A DNA stretch of 64,000 nt. Origin: Antedon mediterranea (Eukaryota > Animalia > Echinodermata). The translations under genes were made by a program, and so were the position numbers. The notes below the pieces were generated by a model. It was given only the letters and a program-made list of their open reading frames with translations, was not told the origin of the DNA and ran no database searches. The stretch spans positions 7,988,201 through 8,052,200 of the forward strand of contig NC_092670.1 in NCBI RefSeq assembly GCF_964355755.1. Direction: 5' to 3'. Positions 1 to 13,100 of this stretch are shown here, one piece after another. Position 1 is the stretch's first letter. Every line of letters starts with the position of its first letter.

Positions 1-210
1 AGGCAGGGGAGCAGTTTACCGTACTTAAAGAGACAACAATATCGGCATGGGTTCGAGGCCAAGTTGCTCCTAGTTCTGGTGGTAGAACAAATCTTTTAAG
101 ATAAGGACTATAAACCATAGGTCCAATCTACACAGTTAGCCTGTGGGCAATTTAAGAACCCAGCTCATCTCGAGACGAGTAGGGGCTACCCCTGTGAACT
201 GGTTAAAAAA
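1..210 (+). mobile_element. Diverged copy of a tRNA-derived Deu/Nin-type SINE, 5' end degenerate or cut by the window edge
   Basis: B-box-like GGTTCGAGGC at ~49-58, then GATAAGGACTATAAACCATAGGTCC...TTTAAGAACCCAG...TCGAGACGAGTAGGGG, which aligns by eye with the fuller copy at 4901-5200. Confidence 0.75.
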
Positions 211-730
211 ATAGCCTCAGTGACAGTGATTAACCTAATATTGTCAATCCTTTGCCACATGTGCCTAAATAAAACAACTATAAACCACACTGATAAGAAA
301 GTTTGTATTATCCAAAGAATTGTGTAACAACAAAATTGTATTGAGCAATAATTATAGAAAGGTTTTGCCTGCACTTAGCCTACACTTTACTACAGTAAAT
401 ATTTAGGGAATACGCTTTTTTTTCTTAAGTGTTTTTGTTTAAAAGACAATTGGTGTGTAGCTGTTTTGGTGGTGTAATCAGTTCAGGTGTGCCACAGGCT
501 AATTTCCTAATTCAGGCTAGTGATTGTTTATTCAACAAAGTACACTAATTTATAATTACCTATGACATTTAATTTTGTAATCTTTTGGAAAGCAGGTGTG
601 TTTTCAGTTACGAGACTCATTTAATATTTGCAGTATATTTTCACTTTCATTTCAAAAAGGCTTATTCAACTTTTTGTTTACAATTGACTTTTATTGAAAC
701 ATTCCTTGAAAACACCTGCAAAATCTATGA

Positions 731-1135
731 ATCTGTTTCTGCTGAAAATTTGCTTAAATGGGCTTTTAGGAAACCGGTTTTAGTTGTTTAATATAAAGAC
801 CATGTTGCAGCTTATTTTTTACTCCAAATAAAACTATCAGATGTGGTGGGTTGTGTAATGACATCATTATTATCCATAGAGAGTCAAATGTTCGTGCCAG
901 TCAATGACCTTATGAAATTCGGTCAAATTAAGACCACAATTGTTTTGCTGCTAAGCTAAAATTTGCTCCACAGAAACCGTTTTTTTATGATTAAGACCTC
1001 AATCAATTGTGTTTGTAAAACCTTTTTTTTCACTCCGAAAAGAAGTACTTTTTATCAGTAGGCACATTTCTAGTGCCAGAAATTTGTAAAAACCATTTAA
1101 AAAAAAATGTTTTTTCTTGCCAGCAGAAACAAGCC
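731..1135. mobile_element. MITE-like non-autonomous DNA transposon
   Basis: Inverted termini TGTTTCTGCTG (734-744) and CAGCAGAAACA (1121-1131); similar TIR to the element at 37810-38163; no coding potential. Confidence 0.5.
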
Positions 1136-1942
1136 CTATAACATTGTATTTTTTATTCATTATTGTATTGCTGATATTTATATATTTATGTAATTTGATC
1201 CCAAATTTTGTTAAAGTTATGTTTTATATATTTAGACATTGAGGGTGCTGTGACTGTTATATTATACAATTGTCAACTTGCATGCCTGAGCATTCCAAAA
1301 ACATTATCATTTCTGTATTGTATTATAATTAAGGCATACTTGGCTCAAGAAACATTTAACATGACCAACAAAGGCCTATATAATGTGATTTACATTCCCC
1401 AGACATTGACTTGTTCCTGTGCCTACAATTCAAATGTTTGAGATTGGCTCATAAAATAATGTTTGCCCCTCATAAAAAAAATCATATATGTACATGGTAC
1501 AAACTACTTGATGTCCCTTCCAGGTGCCAATTTTATGACTTATCTTATTATGTCTTTTTTTTTAAAACTGACCAAATCGTATTCAAAGAACACCTCTATT
1601 AAGGAGACACTTTTCTGTGAAACAAATGTTTGTTTTAACACTATGCCCAACTTCTATTGAGGGAAAACCCCAAATTTCTTTGTCCCAAAAGTGGCCCTTA
1701 ATAGAAGTTCTGCTATTTTTTTTAAAGTTATTGTAACAAGGTGCTAAGTATTTCTTATTTTATTATTGTCTTTGTTTATAAATCATCTAAATCAAAATGT
1801 TTGCCATGTTTGGATCTTTGACAAGCTCAAACTTTTATCATGTTCATCCTTCTTTAGTTATTATCAATTATCAATAAATATGAACTTGTATTTTATGTTA
1901 TTATCATTGATTAATTGAAACCATTTTTTCTCTCTCATTTAG

Positions 1943-2325
1943 TAAGCTTTACGTTTTTGCCTGGCAAGAATTCGTCTCAACCCTGGAATGTGTTTTTGTG
2001 GGTATCTCTGTTTATAGGCAGTGGTGTAATAATGTGTTTGTACAGTCAGGAGTGGTTTGCCAGGATAAATTGTCCTCGACAAATCGTAAGTGACTTGTTT
2101 TTTTTGTTTATCATATTAATTATTTATTTAAATTTAAGAAAATTGCATATTTAAGTTGTTTTTTTACTGCATGTGTATTTTTGTTAACTTAAGATGATTT
2201 GTTTAATTTTGGAAGACATTGACACACCATTGTAAATTTCATTATCTTGTTTTCTTTTTAAGGAATCACAATGGGACTTTGTTATTCCAAGGAGCTGGAC
2301 CTGCAAATTTATAAATGACCTTTGA
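1943..2325 (+). CDS. SOAT1: Sterol O-acyltransferase (ACAT/SOAT, MBOAT family), last two coding exons; rest of gene probably upstream of the window
   Basis: Exons 1943-2085 (AG/GT, ends phase 0) and 2263-2325 (TGA) splice to ...PWNVFLWVSLFIGSGVIMCLYSQEWFARINCPRQI|ESQWDFVIPRSWTCKFINDL*, matching the SOAT1 C-terminal pattern WNxxxWxSLFxGxGxxxCxYSQEWxARxxCP...PRSWTC. Confidence 0.9.
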
Positions 2326-2764
2326 ACCTAAATATTCCATCATGGCGAAGAATGTCTTCCAAGACAAAAATAAACGAGTAGTTTCTAGAATTAAGTAAAC
2401 CAAAAAAAAAAAGAAAGGCAGAGTTTAAAAACACCAGCTACATACAAGTGCATTGTTGTTGATTGTTGACACTGTCTAAAGCATTCAAGCTGTCATTACG
2501 TACTCAATAGGGAGCTTTCGATGGCTGACGACCTATGACCTATGCATTGATGTGTCGTTGGTCATCGTCAGGACCTAGAAACCACCAAAACTTTGTGGTA
2601 GGAATAGAGTGATAAAGCGCACCCCGAATCCCCAGCATGCGCATAATTAATGAAATATGTCAGAGGTCGTCACAAATCAAAATATACCATATACCAAATA
2701 TGTATCATAAGATATTCCATGGTTGATGTGACAGTCTACTGAGCATTTATTTTTTAAATAGTTG

Positions 2765-2976
2765 ATTCAATCGGACAACAGGATGCTGTGCTTCGGAGAT
2801 CAAAGGGTTTATTTGTGGCTGCGACACGATCAGTTCCATGAGTGCCATATTAGACCTAGTATAGACATAGTACAGTACTGTTGGTATTTGTGGTAGCCAG
2901 ACATTAGATCAAATGACTGTTTCAAGTTCCTATCTTGACAAGGCGAGCTCAGTGTCCTGTTGTTAGATTGCCTTGG
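2765..2976. mobile_element. MITE with long imperfect TIRs; second copy at 22551-22808 in the opposite orientation
   Basis: Ends CAATCGGACAACAGGATGCTG and CAGTGTCCTGTTGTTAGATTGCCTTGG are inverted; internal sequence matches the reverse complement of 22551-22808. Confidence 0.65.
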
Positions 2977-4900
2977 TTGGTTGATTCTTTCTTTCTGGTT
3001 TTCTATAGATTAAACTCATTTGTAGGTAACTCTTTACATCGGTCAAAGCTGTAATTCTAAAGTTTGTGTCAGTCACCATTTTCAGCTTTGTCATTGTTGA
3101 CTGTACCTCTATTTTAGCTGTGTCATTCTAACATAAGTGATACATTTATGTGAATGTCAGAAACAGAGACAATGGATATTTCTTCTTTTAAGTTTGAGGT
3201 TTTTACTAGCAAACGCGGAGTTTATCACACATGATATTGTCAACACCTGCATTTGTATGGTGTTTGTCCCATGTGTGTAAATGCACAGTTTACTCTTTTA
3301 CTTTTATTGAATAATGGTGCACAGATTATGAAATTATGGACACATATTTATTATGTTATTTGATAGATTAATTAATCGATAGTTATTAATATAAGTACTA
3401 TAATCAAGTAATTAAAGCATTTTTAAATGGTGCTTTTTCATATAGATTTTGATACAATTAGTTAAATACACAATAAATAATATATTTATAATTAGTAATT
3501 TCTATAGATTAATTGTTTTATATATACCGTAATCATATAAACAGTAGGATTGTGTACTTCAACAAACTAGATTTATTTGAGATCATGAAAATGAACATTC
3601 CATCAATCTGCTTTAGGAAATATTTGTGCAGTGAGTAATTTATCAATCTTTAATATCCAAATGCAATATTTGTTACGCTTTTTTAATACACAATGCAAAT
3701 TAATTATACACTTTATTTTATGTTATGAAAACAGTAATATAATATACAGTACTGTAATCTTATTTTTTAAAAACCTCAATTTTACTGGATTTAAAAAGGG
3801 GAGATTTGTGTAATTTTTCTCGGATATATGTATTTTATATGTAAAAATAATAGTAATAATACTGTACAATACTACACTGATTTGTCTTAAATCGCAAGCT
3901 GAAGCTTCAATGCATCTAATAAAGCCCTGTCTACACTATCAAACTTTGTGTGACAAAAAAATGTGATGTACCCATATATGGACATGATGATGTCATATCA
4001 CTACCATATTTGAGCATATCACTACCATATTTGGGCACATCACACTTAGTTTGAGCGTTAACAATCGCCATATTGTTGACGGATGGATATATATATTATT
4101 TTGTGTCATTTTAGTAATTATTGAGAGTATTTTAATAATCAAATATTGATTATTATTAATTGATATTTTTGTAAAGAGTAGAGAAAGAATAAATATGCTC
4201 ATTAATATTTTACTGTTTTTTTAGAATCTAAAGAAAAGCAAATTTTATATTAATATTGATCAAATAATTCCTTTTAAATTTCAAGCATTGTAAAAATAAT
4301 ATCCGAATTAATAATTGTAATTTTATCAATTTTAATAAGGTAATATGTGTTTATTTCATTGATTTTTATTTGTATTAAAAAAATAATAATATTTGTGTAT
4401 GATTTAATAAAACAATTTGTATATCATGTAAGTGAACTTTTTTCTTATTATTCAATTTTTATTGTGTTTTCTCTGGTTTTGTTTTCTGTTATCTGAAGCA
4501 TTGTTATTAAGCAAAGCGCGTACTGTGTGCTTATCTCTCTAATGGTAGAGAAAAAAACTTTTGTCCAATCAAAAACGTTTCATCTGTGACGTTTATTCGA
4601 AATGCCTGTCTATAGGTGGCGCTAAACTGTTTTTTTAAGCAACAGAGAGAATTAATTGTGATAACAATACTTGAGCTCAGCTCCAACCGACCGACACTTC
4701 TCTGTTTGTGTCGGTAATACCTTTAAAATCGTAATACTGTACTTCTCATGCATAAGATAAGAATTATTTAAGATACGAATGTAGAAACACTTTTACATTT
4801 GCCTTCGGCTATTTAGAAAAACCTTTTGATGAGAAATGTATTTTTTTTTGTAGTTATATTTACTATTGATGCTACCTAGGCCTTTGAATGAACCATCATA

Positions 4901-5200
4901 GTGAGTGAGTGGCCGAGCGGTTAAGACAGTGGAACCGTAATCACGTAGCCATAACATCGGCAGGGGTTCGAGGCTCACTCGAAGAACGAGTCTTCTCGGA
5001 TATGGACTATAAACCGTAGGTCCAGTGTACACAACTTGCCCGTGTGCACTTTAAAGAACCTAGTACATCTTTCGAGACGAGTAGGGGGTTACCCCGGTGT
5101 ATTAGTACATCACAGCCACTGATCACCAACTGGGCCCTCTGGGAGATCAGTCTTTGACTGAAGAGGTCACCCAGTATAAAGATAAAACAAACAAACAAAC
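4901..5200 (+). mobile_element. Near full-length tRNA-derived SINE with a Deu/Nin-type central domain
   Basis: Pol III A box TGGCCGAGCGG (4910-4920) and B box GGTTCGAGGC (4965-4974); centre GTCTTCTCGGATATGGACTATAAACCGTAGGTCC...AAAGAACC...TTTCGAGACGAGTAGGGGGTTACCCCGGTGT resembles the DeuSINE domain as I recall it; (CAAA)n tail. Head fragment also at ~20930-21025. Confidence 0.85.
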
Positions 5201-5430
5201 ATCACGTATATAAATGATTCAATGTGGAGGAAAATTAAATAACTTCAGAATCCGGTACATATTTTATAAAAAATCAAATACTTTATCAAATGCGCACCCC
5301 ATGTGTACCAACGATAAGACGGCGCTATAATTTGGTTGGTACTTAGTTGCGTACTTACGTCATGATAGAACGCGCCACGTTCTTTTCGAACGAATCGCGC
5401 AAACAACGGTTACGCGCTGTTTAAAAATTG

Positions 5431-5437
5431 TATATAA
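5431..5437 (+). promoter_or_regulatory. TATA box of the cyclin-like gene
   Basis: TATATAA 145 nt upstream of ATG 5576, inside a locally CpG-enriched stretch (~5290-5530). Confidence 0.55.
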
Positions 5438-5575
5438 GGCTGCGGTATCGGAGAAAAAGTTGATACTCTGATATCAAACTGCTTTCTCATAAAGCTTTTA
5501 CTCAGCAAACATTTTACTCACGCATCGAGTTTTATTTTCTTCGATCATCAATTTTGTAATTATTTTTTACAAAGA

Positions 5576-7161
5576 ATGTCTCCTACCAGACCAAACAAGC
5601 AGGCTAAGGATACTTTGAGTGTTTTAGCTAAGCTTGAAAGGCGAATGTTTGGACTTAAGAAGAGTCCTTCTACTGACATTTGCCGAAGACCAAAGCCCAA
5701 CTACACACGAGTAGTACCCGGGAGTACAATGAATCGACAGCCTCTTAATAGGTAGGCCTAGGGGCCATTAAACATTTAGTTTTAAAAAAAATCATCAATA
5801 ACAATAATTTAGGCTAGGTTTAGGGTGATATAGATAGGCCTAGGCCTAGCCCCAACATAAATAAATGAAAGCTAATAGCCTAGCTTACCGATTGTACTGT
5901 ATGGCTGAGCTAATAAGAATGATAATGAATTAGATAAATGAAAGATGTTTTTCGTCTTGTTTACAGAGCTAAATTGATTCTTGACGCTGCATTTAAAAAC
6001 CCCGCCAAGTACAGCTTGGATTGTGGCCGCATTCCAGGTAGGAAAGATCCTCTTTTAATTGTTGATAGTAAACCTGACGATACCTCACCATCAACATCAA
6101 CGTCAGTTAAGTTGGCGACTGACACTCAGCCTCCTAGTGGCGGCAGAGAGGAATATCTACGCCGGAAAAAAGTTTGTCTTGAAAGGGGTAATAAGTTACA
6201 TGATCACTTTTGGAATCGTGGCTTCAAAGTGAAGTCATATTATTGGGAGGATATTGCATTTAGTAGTGCAGAATTTGAACCTCCTAAGAAACAACTGTAC
6301 GAGGATTACCCTCCACTTCTGGCTAAAGATCCGTACAACATGACGTCAGCAGGTAAGTCCACGGGTAAGTCAGTTCCATTATCGATATTCCGTGACGGAA
6401 GTTTAGTTCGCATTGAACGGCTTAAGAAGGAGCAATTTTCTCCACATGATTGGTTGAAAAAACATCCATTAATTTCTAAAAATATCAGAAAACACCAAGT
6501 AGATTTATTAATGACCATGTCTCGTCAGTTTAACTATGGTCATGGATTCGGATTCAATGCTGTATGCCTCTTAGGTAATTTCATGTCAAAGACGACACAT
6601 GCTATGACGTCTGAAAGTATCCGGTTCGTGACAATCGGTGCTTTTGTCTTGACCGCTGTTTCCCGACTTGGAAGAGAAATAAATGTATTATACAGAACTT
6701 TACTAGGCTTAGGATACACACAAATACCAGAAATTAAGAGATTTACTAATTTGATTGATTCCACTCTAGGCATCAACGGTCTTGAAGAACCGACTGCTTT
6801 AGATTTTCTTAACGCTCATTGTAAGAAGTGGGTTGTACTTCGACCACATCATCATACAGATGTTTTATTTTCTATGGATCAGGTAGGGATCCAAGCTCAA
6901 AGGTTAATCGTACAAGCTGCTAACAGCTATACTGTAATGATCCAGACTTATGCATCAAGATTGGCCACTGCAGCCATTCTGGTTGCTTGTGACCTCATGA
7001 AAGAGAACGTTGGTAAACTCTTTCCAGAACTTCAAATATCTTGTTCTGTTGACGAAGTACGCGAGATTAACGTTTCAATGAACTGGTTCCGAAGTGTTCA
7101 TCATGATAACATGATTCGTAACAAAGCTAAGCCAGTGCTGCACAGTTCTCATTGTAATTAA
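5576..7161 (+). CDS. Divergent cyclin (cyclin-O-like), 2 exons, 456 aa
   Basis: Exon 5576-5751 (MSPTRPNKQ...QPLNR, AG|GTAGG, phase 2) joins in frame to 5967-7161 (TTACAG|). Cyclin-box-like segment FRDG...EQFSPHDWLKKHPLISKNIRKHQVDLLMTMSRQF...AVCLLGNFM...EPTALDFL parallels CCNO (FRDYG...HFHPREALARQPQVT...HRQF); second-fold motif YASRLATAAILVA follows. Confidence 0.75.
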
Positions 7162-9809
7162 ATTACTTGTTTACTAACACAACTTTCAGTCTTTTCTTTC
7201 AGATTGTTTTAGAGATAGTACAGTATTTTAATAGTACAATAATGTAATAAAATTAATAGTGTAATACTAATAGTAATATGATAATAAAAAATGATAATAA
7301 TAGTGGAATCATGTTTTTTAAATAGTTAGAAATATTAGAATATTTTAATCGAGTGTAAACAGAGTGTTATAAAAATACAGTAGTTTAATAGTAGTTTAAT
7401 AAATAATAACAGACCTAGTATAATATTAATAATATATAATCGTGTAATGGTTAATAAATTTTGATGTGAACAATCCTACCACTGAACCCATTTTCCACAA
7501 TATTTTTCTTGGGGTGCCAGACCGAATCTGTTAGCAATGTGAAAGTAGCCTTAATATGGAGTAAGTTCTGGAATATACCCGTGGCATACTCAATAGGTGC
7601 CATAATATGCAACAATATCCAAAATAGTAGGACTACATTAAACCTCATTAACAGGCCTAGTATAATATTAATAATATATAATCGTGTAATGGTTAATAAT
7701 GTAATAAAACATGCTGATGATACACATGATATTATCAATAATAATAATATAAGACCTAGTTTAATAAAGTATTTGGATGCAGCTATTGTTTTTAACAACA
7801 TGACTATGTGGCGTAGGTTTTATTTTTATATATTTATATTTATATAAACAAATCAGGCAAAGAACATTAATTCTAAACCGCTCGGTGAAATACTGAAATT
7901 AATTAATTCATACTAATAATTAATTTGAAACGATAAAGATGAGGATATAAGGAATTGAATTAAATAACTGACAAATAGCAGTAACAATAGTAAATAACTT
8001 AATAAATTAAAAAATAATAATTAGTGATTTTAAATTAATTGAAAAAGATAATCTAATTAATTTATTTTTATTATTTAAACTAAAATAAAGGGTATAATAA
8101 ATGATGAGAATAATATAGTATATAATAATAATTATTATTATTAATATATAATTTTGATATTAATACATTAAGTATATAAATCAACCTATTCTAAAATGAT
8201 AAGCTCTGTTTAGTTTAGTACTTTAAACAATTAAAAAACTGTAAGTATTAAAAATATAACTTATCAACTTAAAATATAAAAAAATTATGATATAATAATA
8301 CTATCTAATAAATAAAATAATATTTAAAATAATATTAATTTGTGAAATTAAACATATAACTTAATTCTCATCCATACCTTTAATAAAAATATAACCTCAA
8401 TATTAAAATATCAACAAAGTTAAAACAACTTAATCTAGTTTAATTTTAAATATATAATACAAATAATAATGATATTTAAAATAAATATTAAATCATGAAA
8501 GCAAAAATAAAACTTACAATATATACAAATACAATAATATACAAAATACAATTAGAAAAAAAAGCAATGTAATTTAATAAAAAATTAATAAAAAAAAAAA
8601 ATTGGGGTGTAAAAAGTCATCTTTGACTTGCCAACCTCACTTCCTCGCAGTGCACCCTGGGAAACTTTATCTAAAGTGATAAAGGCAAACGAGGCTCTGG
8701 CTTTCAATTAATAAAAATGTAAATGCATGTAATTGTTATGATTTTCAACACTTTGTTGTAGAAGGATTTAAAAAAATGATGTAGACATCAGAAGAAGAAG
8801 TGAAATAAACAATCAAAAAATAAAGATTTATAATATAGTTCAGATAAGTTATGTTATGTGTCTTGTTTTATAATTATAACATGAATAAAAGGTTTTTTGT
8901 TGATAGCTTTAGTTTCTAAGTGTATTATTTTAATTATTTTTATATCTTGTACCACACCATGGCATGCATTATTTTCTCCTATTTTAATGATTGAAGATTA
9001 AAAGTACTATTACATACTCTGCTTTTTGTCGGTAAATATTTTGAGCATTTTGTTTACGATACACTGATTAATGTTCAATTCAAGATGTAAGTAGCAGATA
9101 AAATAATTGAATAAAGTGTTTAACTCATGAAAATATATTTTTATTCATAAACATTCATTACTTACTAAATAATTACTCTCATTTTTATCATCCTTACCAT
9201 CATCAACATAAACAATTTTTTAGAATTGAAATTATTATCATGACAGCAATGTGAATACTACCGTATGTGGGCATATCACACTTATGGCCAAACCAAGTTT
9301 GATAGTGTAGAGAGAGCTTTAAAGTGGTTTTTAATTCATTAATTAATAATTCATTCGATGCTAAAAGTATTACTTTGTTAATGGATAAAAATACCGGACA
9401 CAAGACTAGAAATACAAACATTGATAGATAATATTGAATTATTTATATTTTTATTTACAGGATAATAATTATATATCATTATTTAAATATTTAAAATTAA
9501 CTGTAAAATTACCTTAAAAGAAAGTAGATTGCTAACTGACAGTCAAAAGATTAAAGGTATTATACTATTATCATAAATTAAAGATTAAAAGAAACTTCAA
9601 ATGTGTTGGCTGGAATTATTGTTGTTGAGATTAATTTAGGAAGACTTTATTAACTACTGTCTACAGTCTGTAGGCCTACTGACGTCTTCAGGATGTCAGC
9701 ACGATTGGATTAGGTTAGAGATTACTTTTTTCTTAGTTTTATACTGTACATTTTAAGGGCCTGTTTCATTTTCAAATGATGAGTTAAATCTAACCCCTAG
9801 CCATCAGCA

Positions 9810-9881
9810 CAAGCTCGTTGGTTTAGTATAAACAGCCAGAGATCAGCAGTGATCTAGAGGTTGTGGGTTCGAGTTCCACCC
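9810..9881 (+). mobile_element. tRNA-like SINE head fragment (similar fragment at ~12501-12561)
   Basis: A-box-like TGGTTTAGTA and B-box-like GGGTTCGAGTTCC with GTGATCT..GGT between; no clean cloverleaf, so not a tRNA gene. Confidence 0.45.
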
Positions 9882-10115
9882 AACGATTACTTGCTGTTCT
9901 CAATGTTTTTACATCATTTATATACCAAACATTTTTTCAATAAAATAAGGAAAATCGGTATAAACAGGAAGTGGTTACTGTAAAACTAAATCAAATATAC
10001 AATAGTACTTGAGCTGTGCTTGTGTGTATAAATAACAAATTACTCATTCGTCTCTTTACCGTCCAGCTGTTATAGTAAAATCTTTTTGATTGTGTATACC
10101 GCCCTCGAGAAAACA

Positions 10116-13100
10116 TCATGAAGTCAGGTTACGTAACTGAGAATTTAACTGCCTCTCCTTTGCCAACATGCTACGAGTGTGGTTACGAAATGCTTCGTAT
10201 TCCTGAAGAAAATCAAAAAAATGTGTGCATAGCTGATTCAATTTTGTTAATAAACAATTGAAATATATAGTTACATAGTTATATACAGACCAGGCATGTT
10301 GTGTAATTTTCCATCTCTATTTAAATACATGTGCAACTTCTAATTTGTTCTTAATTTCTAAAATTTAATTACCAAGGCCCAAAGTACAAGTGAGTGCATT
10401 ATAAAGTGACTGATTTGAAGCAGAAAACAATTTGTCACATTCCATTTACAACCTGAAGAACAGTGACAAAAATCTTACCATTCGGAGTTGTTTGATTGCT
10501 TTTTCTGCCTCGTCTCTTTCTTTTTTCATTTTAATAACTTGCAAATTACTTGACACTGCTGCTTCTTCTCGTCTTAAAATGAAAAATATTGATTTATCAA
10601 ACATATAGTAAAATATCTCTTTACATCCACATTTTCAGCCATAGCCAATGAAATACATAGGTCTACACTAAACTGCTGAGTAAAAAATAAAGATTTCGAC
10701 CACAACTGCAAAAGTAGAAGTAGAATGGTTGAACATGGTTGACCATATTATGTAAAGTTTTATATCAGCATGGTTGTCCACGTGTCTAGAAACAGTGGGA
10801 GATCCTGGATTTTGAAATAGTGGGGTCCATAGCTTAAAAATGGCAAAAAGTCCTAAACTGAATGTTCTATCTTTTGCATTGTCAATTTAGAAATCCCCTC
10901 ACACAATGATAACAGAATTTCCTTTAAACTAATAGCATCATTTAATTAAATAGCAAACATGTTTAGACAATTAAAAACCACAAAACAATTGCATATTTAC
11001 TTTGACATTGAAAACTAAACACAGTAGTTATAGTGAAAAGTTTTTAAACAACGCAAACATAATTAATACTGCTGTAAATGTTAATATATACAAAATACTA
11101 ATACTACAAATATATACTGTACAGTAATACAATAAACATCAGGTTGTGAGAAAAATAGTAAAGCTGTGTCCTTATAGCGCTGAATACTTCTATTTATAGT
11201 AATTGCAAGAACTTTTAAAGTACAGTGTACAAGCCTGTAGCAAGAATTGTTACAGGGGGAGGGGAAATCTTCATGAGCTTTTGGCTAGTTGGACCTAATT
11301 TACCCACTCCCACTGTTGGTCTCTAGTTTGAAAGAAGTAATAAGAGAAAAATCAGCCTGGCTATGTGCTTGGTGTATAGAATAAACAAATTAATATACAG
11401 TAAGAAGTGAATACAATTTACCTGTGATATGAAACTAGCCTTAACTTATAATGTCTACTGTAAAACTAAATAAAAATGTTTCATTTTAATAAAACTATTT
11501 ATAAATTATAAAAAATTAATAAAATAAGAAAAAAATTAATATTTCATATTATTAGGATGTGTAAAATGTGTCCTGGACAACAATCAATCTTTTTCCTAAT
11601 AAATACAGTAATATTAAATAATATTTCAAATAAATGTTTTGTATAATAAGATAATAAAATACACTTCTTACTCAAATTTGTCCTCCATTCTCTGCACTTC
11701 TTTTTCTGCAATTTGTATTTGGTTTTGAAGAATTTTTATTTCTTTCTGTTTGCCCTACAAAAGTAAAATTATTCAAGTGTGTTTTACTAGTGAATCCAAA
11801 GGTGTTCCGTCTCTTTCCCCACCTTTTTTGAGGTAATTTATTGAGAGGGAAGACACACATTCTCCCTGTTCATCCTGTAGCCACCTAACATCTTGGTTCT
11901 GGCCATGTGTTTTAATTAGACCGGGAAAAAACCAGGTGTGTATAGTACAACACCCTCAAATTGCCAACAAAAAAACCCATGAATAAAAATACCTGGATAA
12001 GTTTTCCACGTTGCATGGACAATTGTAATAACTCATCTCTTTCTTTTGTCAGTTTTTCCATTTTAATTATCTGATTGTTCTCTGCGGAATCACCCTTCAT
12101 CTTCAATTTACTATTAACTTCTGCAAACGCTAGTTGGAAAGAAATAAATAATCTGATTATTTTGTGATGATAATTACCTATCGCAAGGTAGAAGGAATCA
12201 TTATGATAATTTGCATGCGTTGCTAGACAGGTGTCCTTTGTTATTGTTCTATTTTCTTTCAAGGTCACACGTCCGTTTTCCATGGAAAGTGAAAGGAATA
12301 CGAGGATGGTGTCATGTGGGAGAGACGTTTGTACGGCCCACTATTAGTATTACATTTTCCTTTCGAGGGGTGTCCATATTGGGAATAATGGCATATATAG
12401 AGTCTATACAGGTAGGGATCTCAAGAAATAAACTAATGTAATTGTACAGATGGTTATTAACTGTACAGTACATTGAAAACGAAACAATTATAGTATTTCA
12501 TGGTGGTCTAGAGGTGTGAATCTCAGGCTAGAGTGATCTGCGGTCTTGGGTTTGAGTCCCATCTGAGTACAGGTTATGTACTGAGCATTCAGTACAATAA
12601 CATCTGAGTTAAGTAGAGATTTGAAAAGTAGGATTTTTAGGATTAAATAGTTACCCTTTAATTCTTGCTCCAACTGCTCAATTTTCTTCTGAAGAACGAG
12701 AAGATCGCCTGATAATGTTTTCCGTTGACGTGCAATTTCAGATTCTTTTTCTGCCAACTCAGTTTGAAAATTGCTAAACAAGAACAAGAAAAAAACATAT
12801 AAATTTAATATAAAATTATAATAATTGATATAAATTATTCATTGGGCTCTTTTAACATTATATTTCATCCATCATCCATGTTTCTGTATTTGTGATTTGT
12901 GAGACGAGTCTGTTGCTATTAGCTGATTTTGTCCTCAAGAAAAGAAGGTGTCAAAGGCTGATTAAGGCCAACAATGTGGCACATATACTCATCATAATCA
13001 CACAGTGTGCGTTACCTGCATAATGTCTTTGTTTCTGCTAATTGGTCTTTCAAATGTTCTACTTGAGTTTGGAGTGTTTTAATTTCTCTATCCTTTTGAA

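Noticed and set aside
4609-4623. CTCF-like site TCTATAGGTGGCGCT between SOAT1 and the cyclin gene
   Set aside because: A single partial motif match cannot be supported without binding data.
4901-4985. tRNA gene
   Set aside because: A and B boxes are present but the sequence continues into a SINE core and tail, and it does not fold into a clean cloverleaf.
7162-7400. Cytoplasmic polyadenylation elements in the cyclin 3'UTR
   Set aside because: TTTTAAT and AATAAA motifs are expected by chance in this extremely AT-rich stretch.
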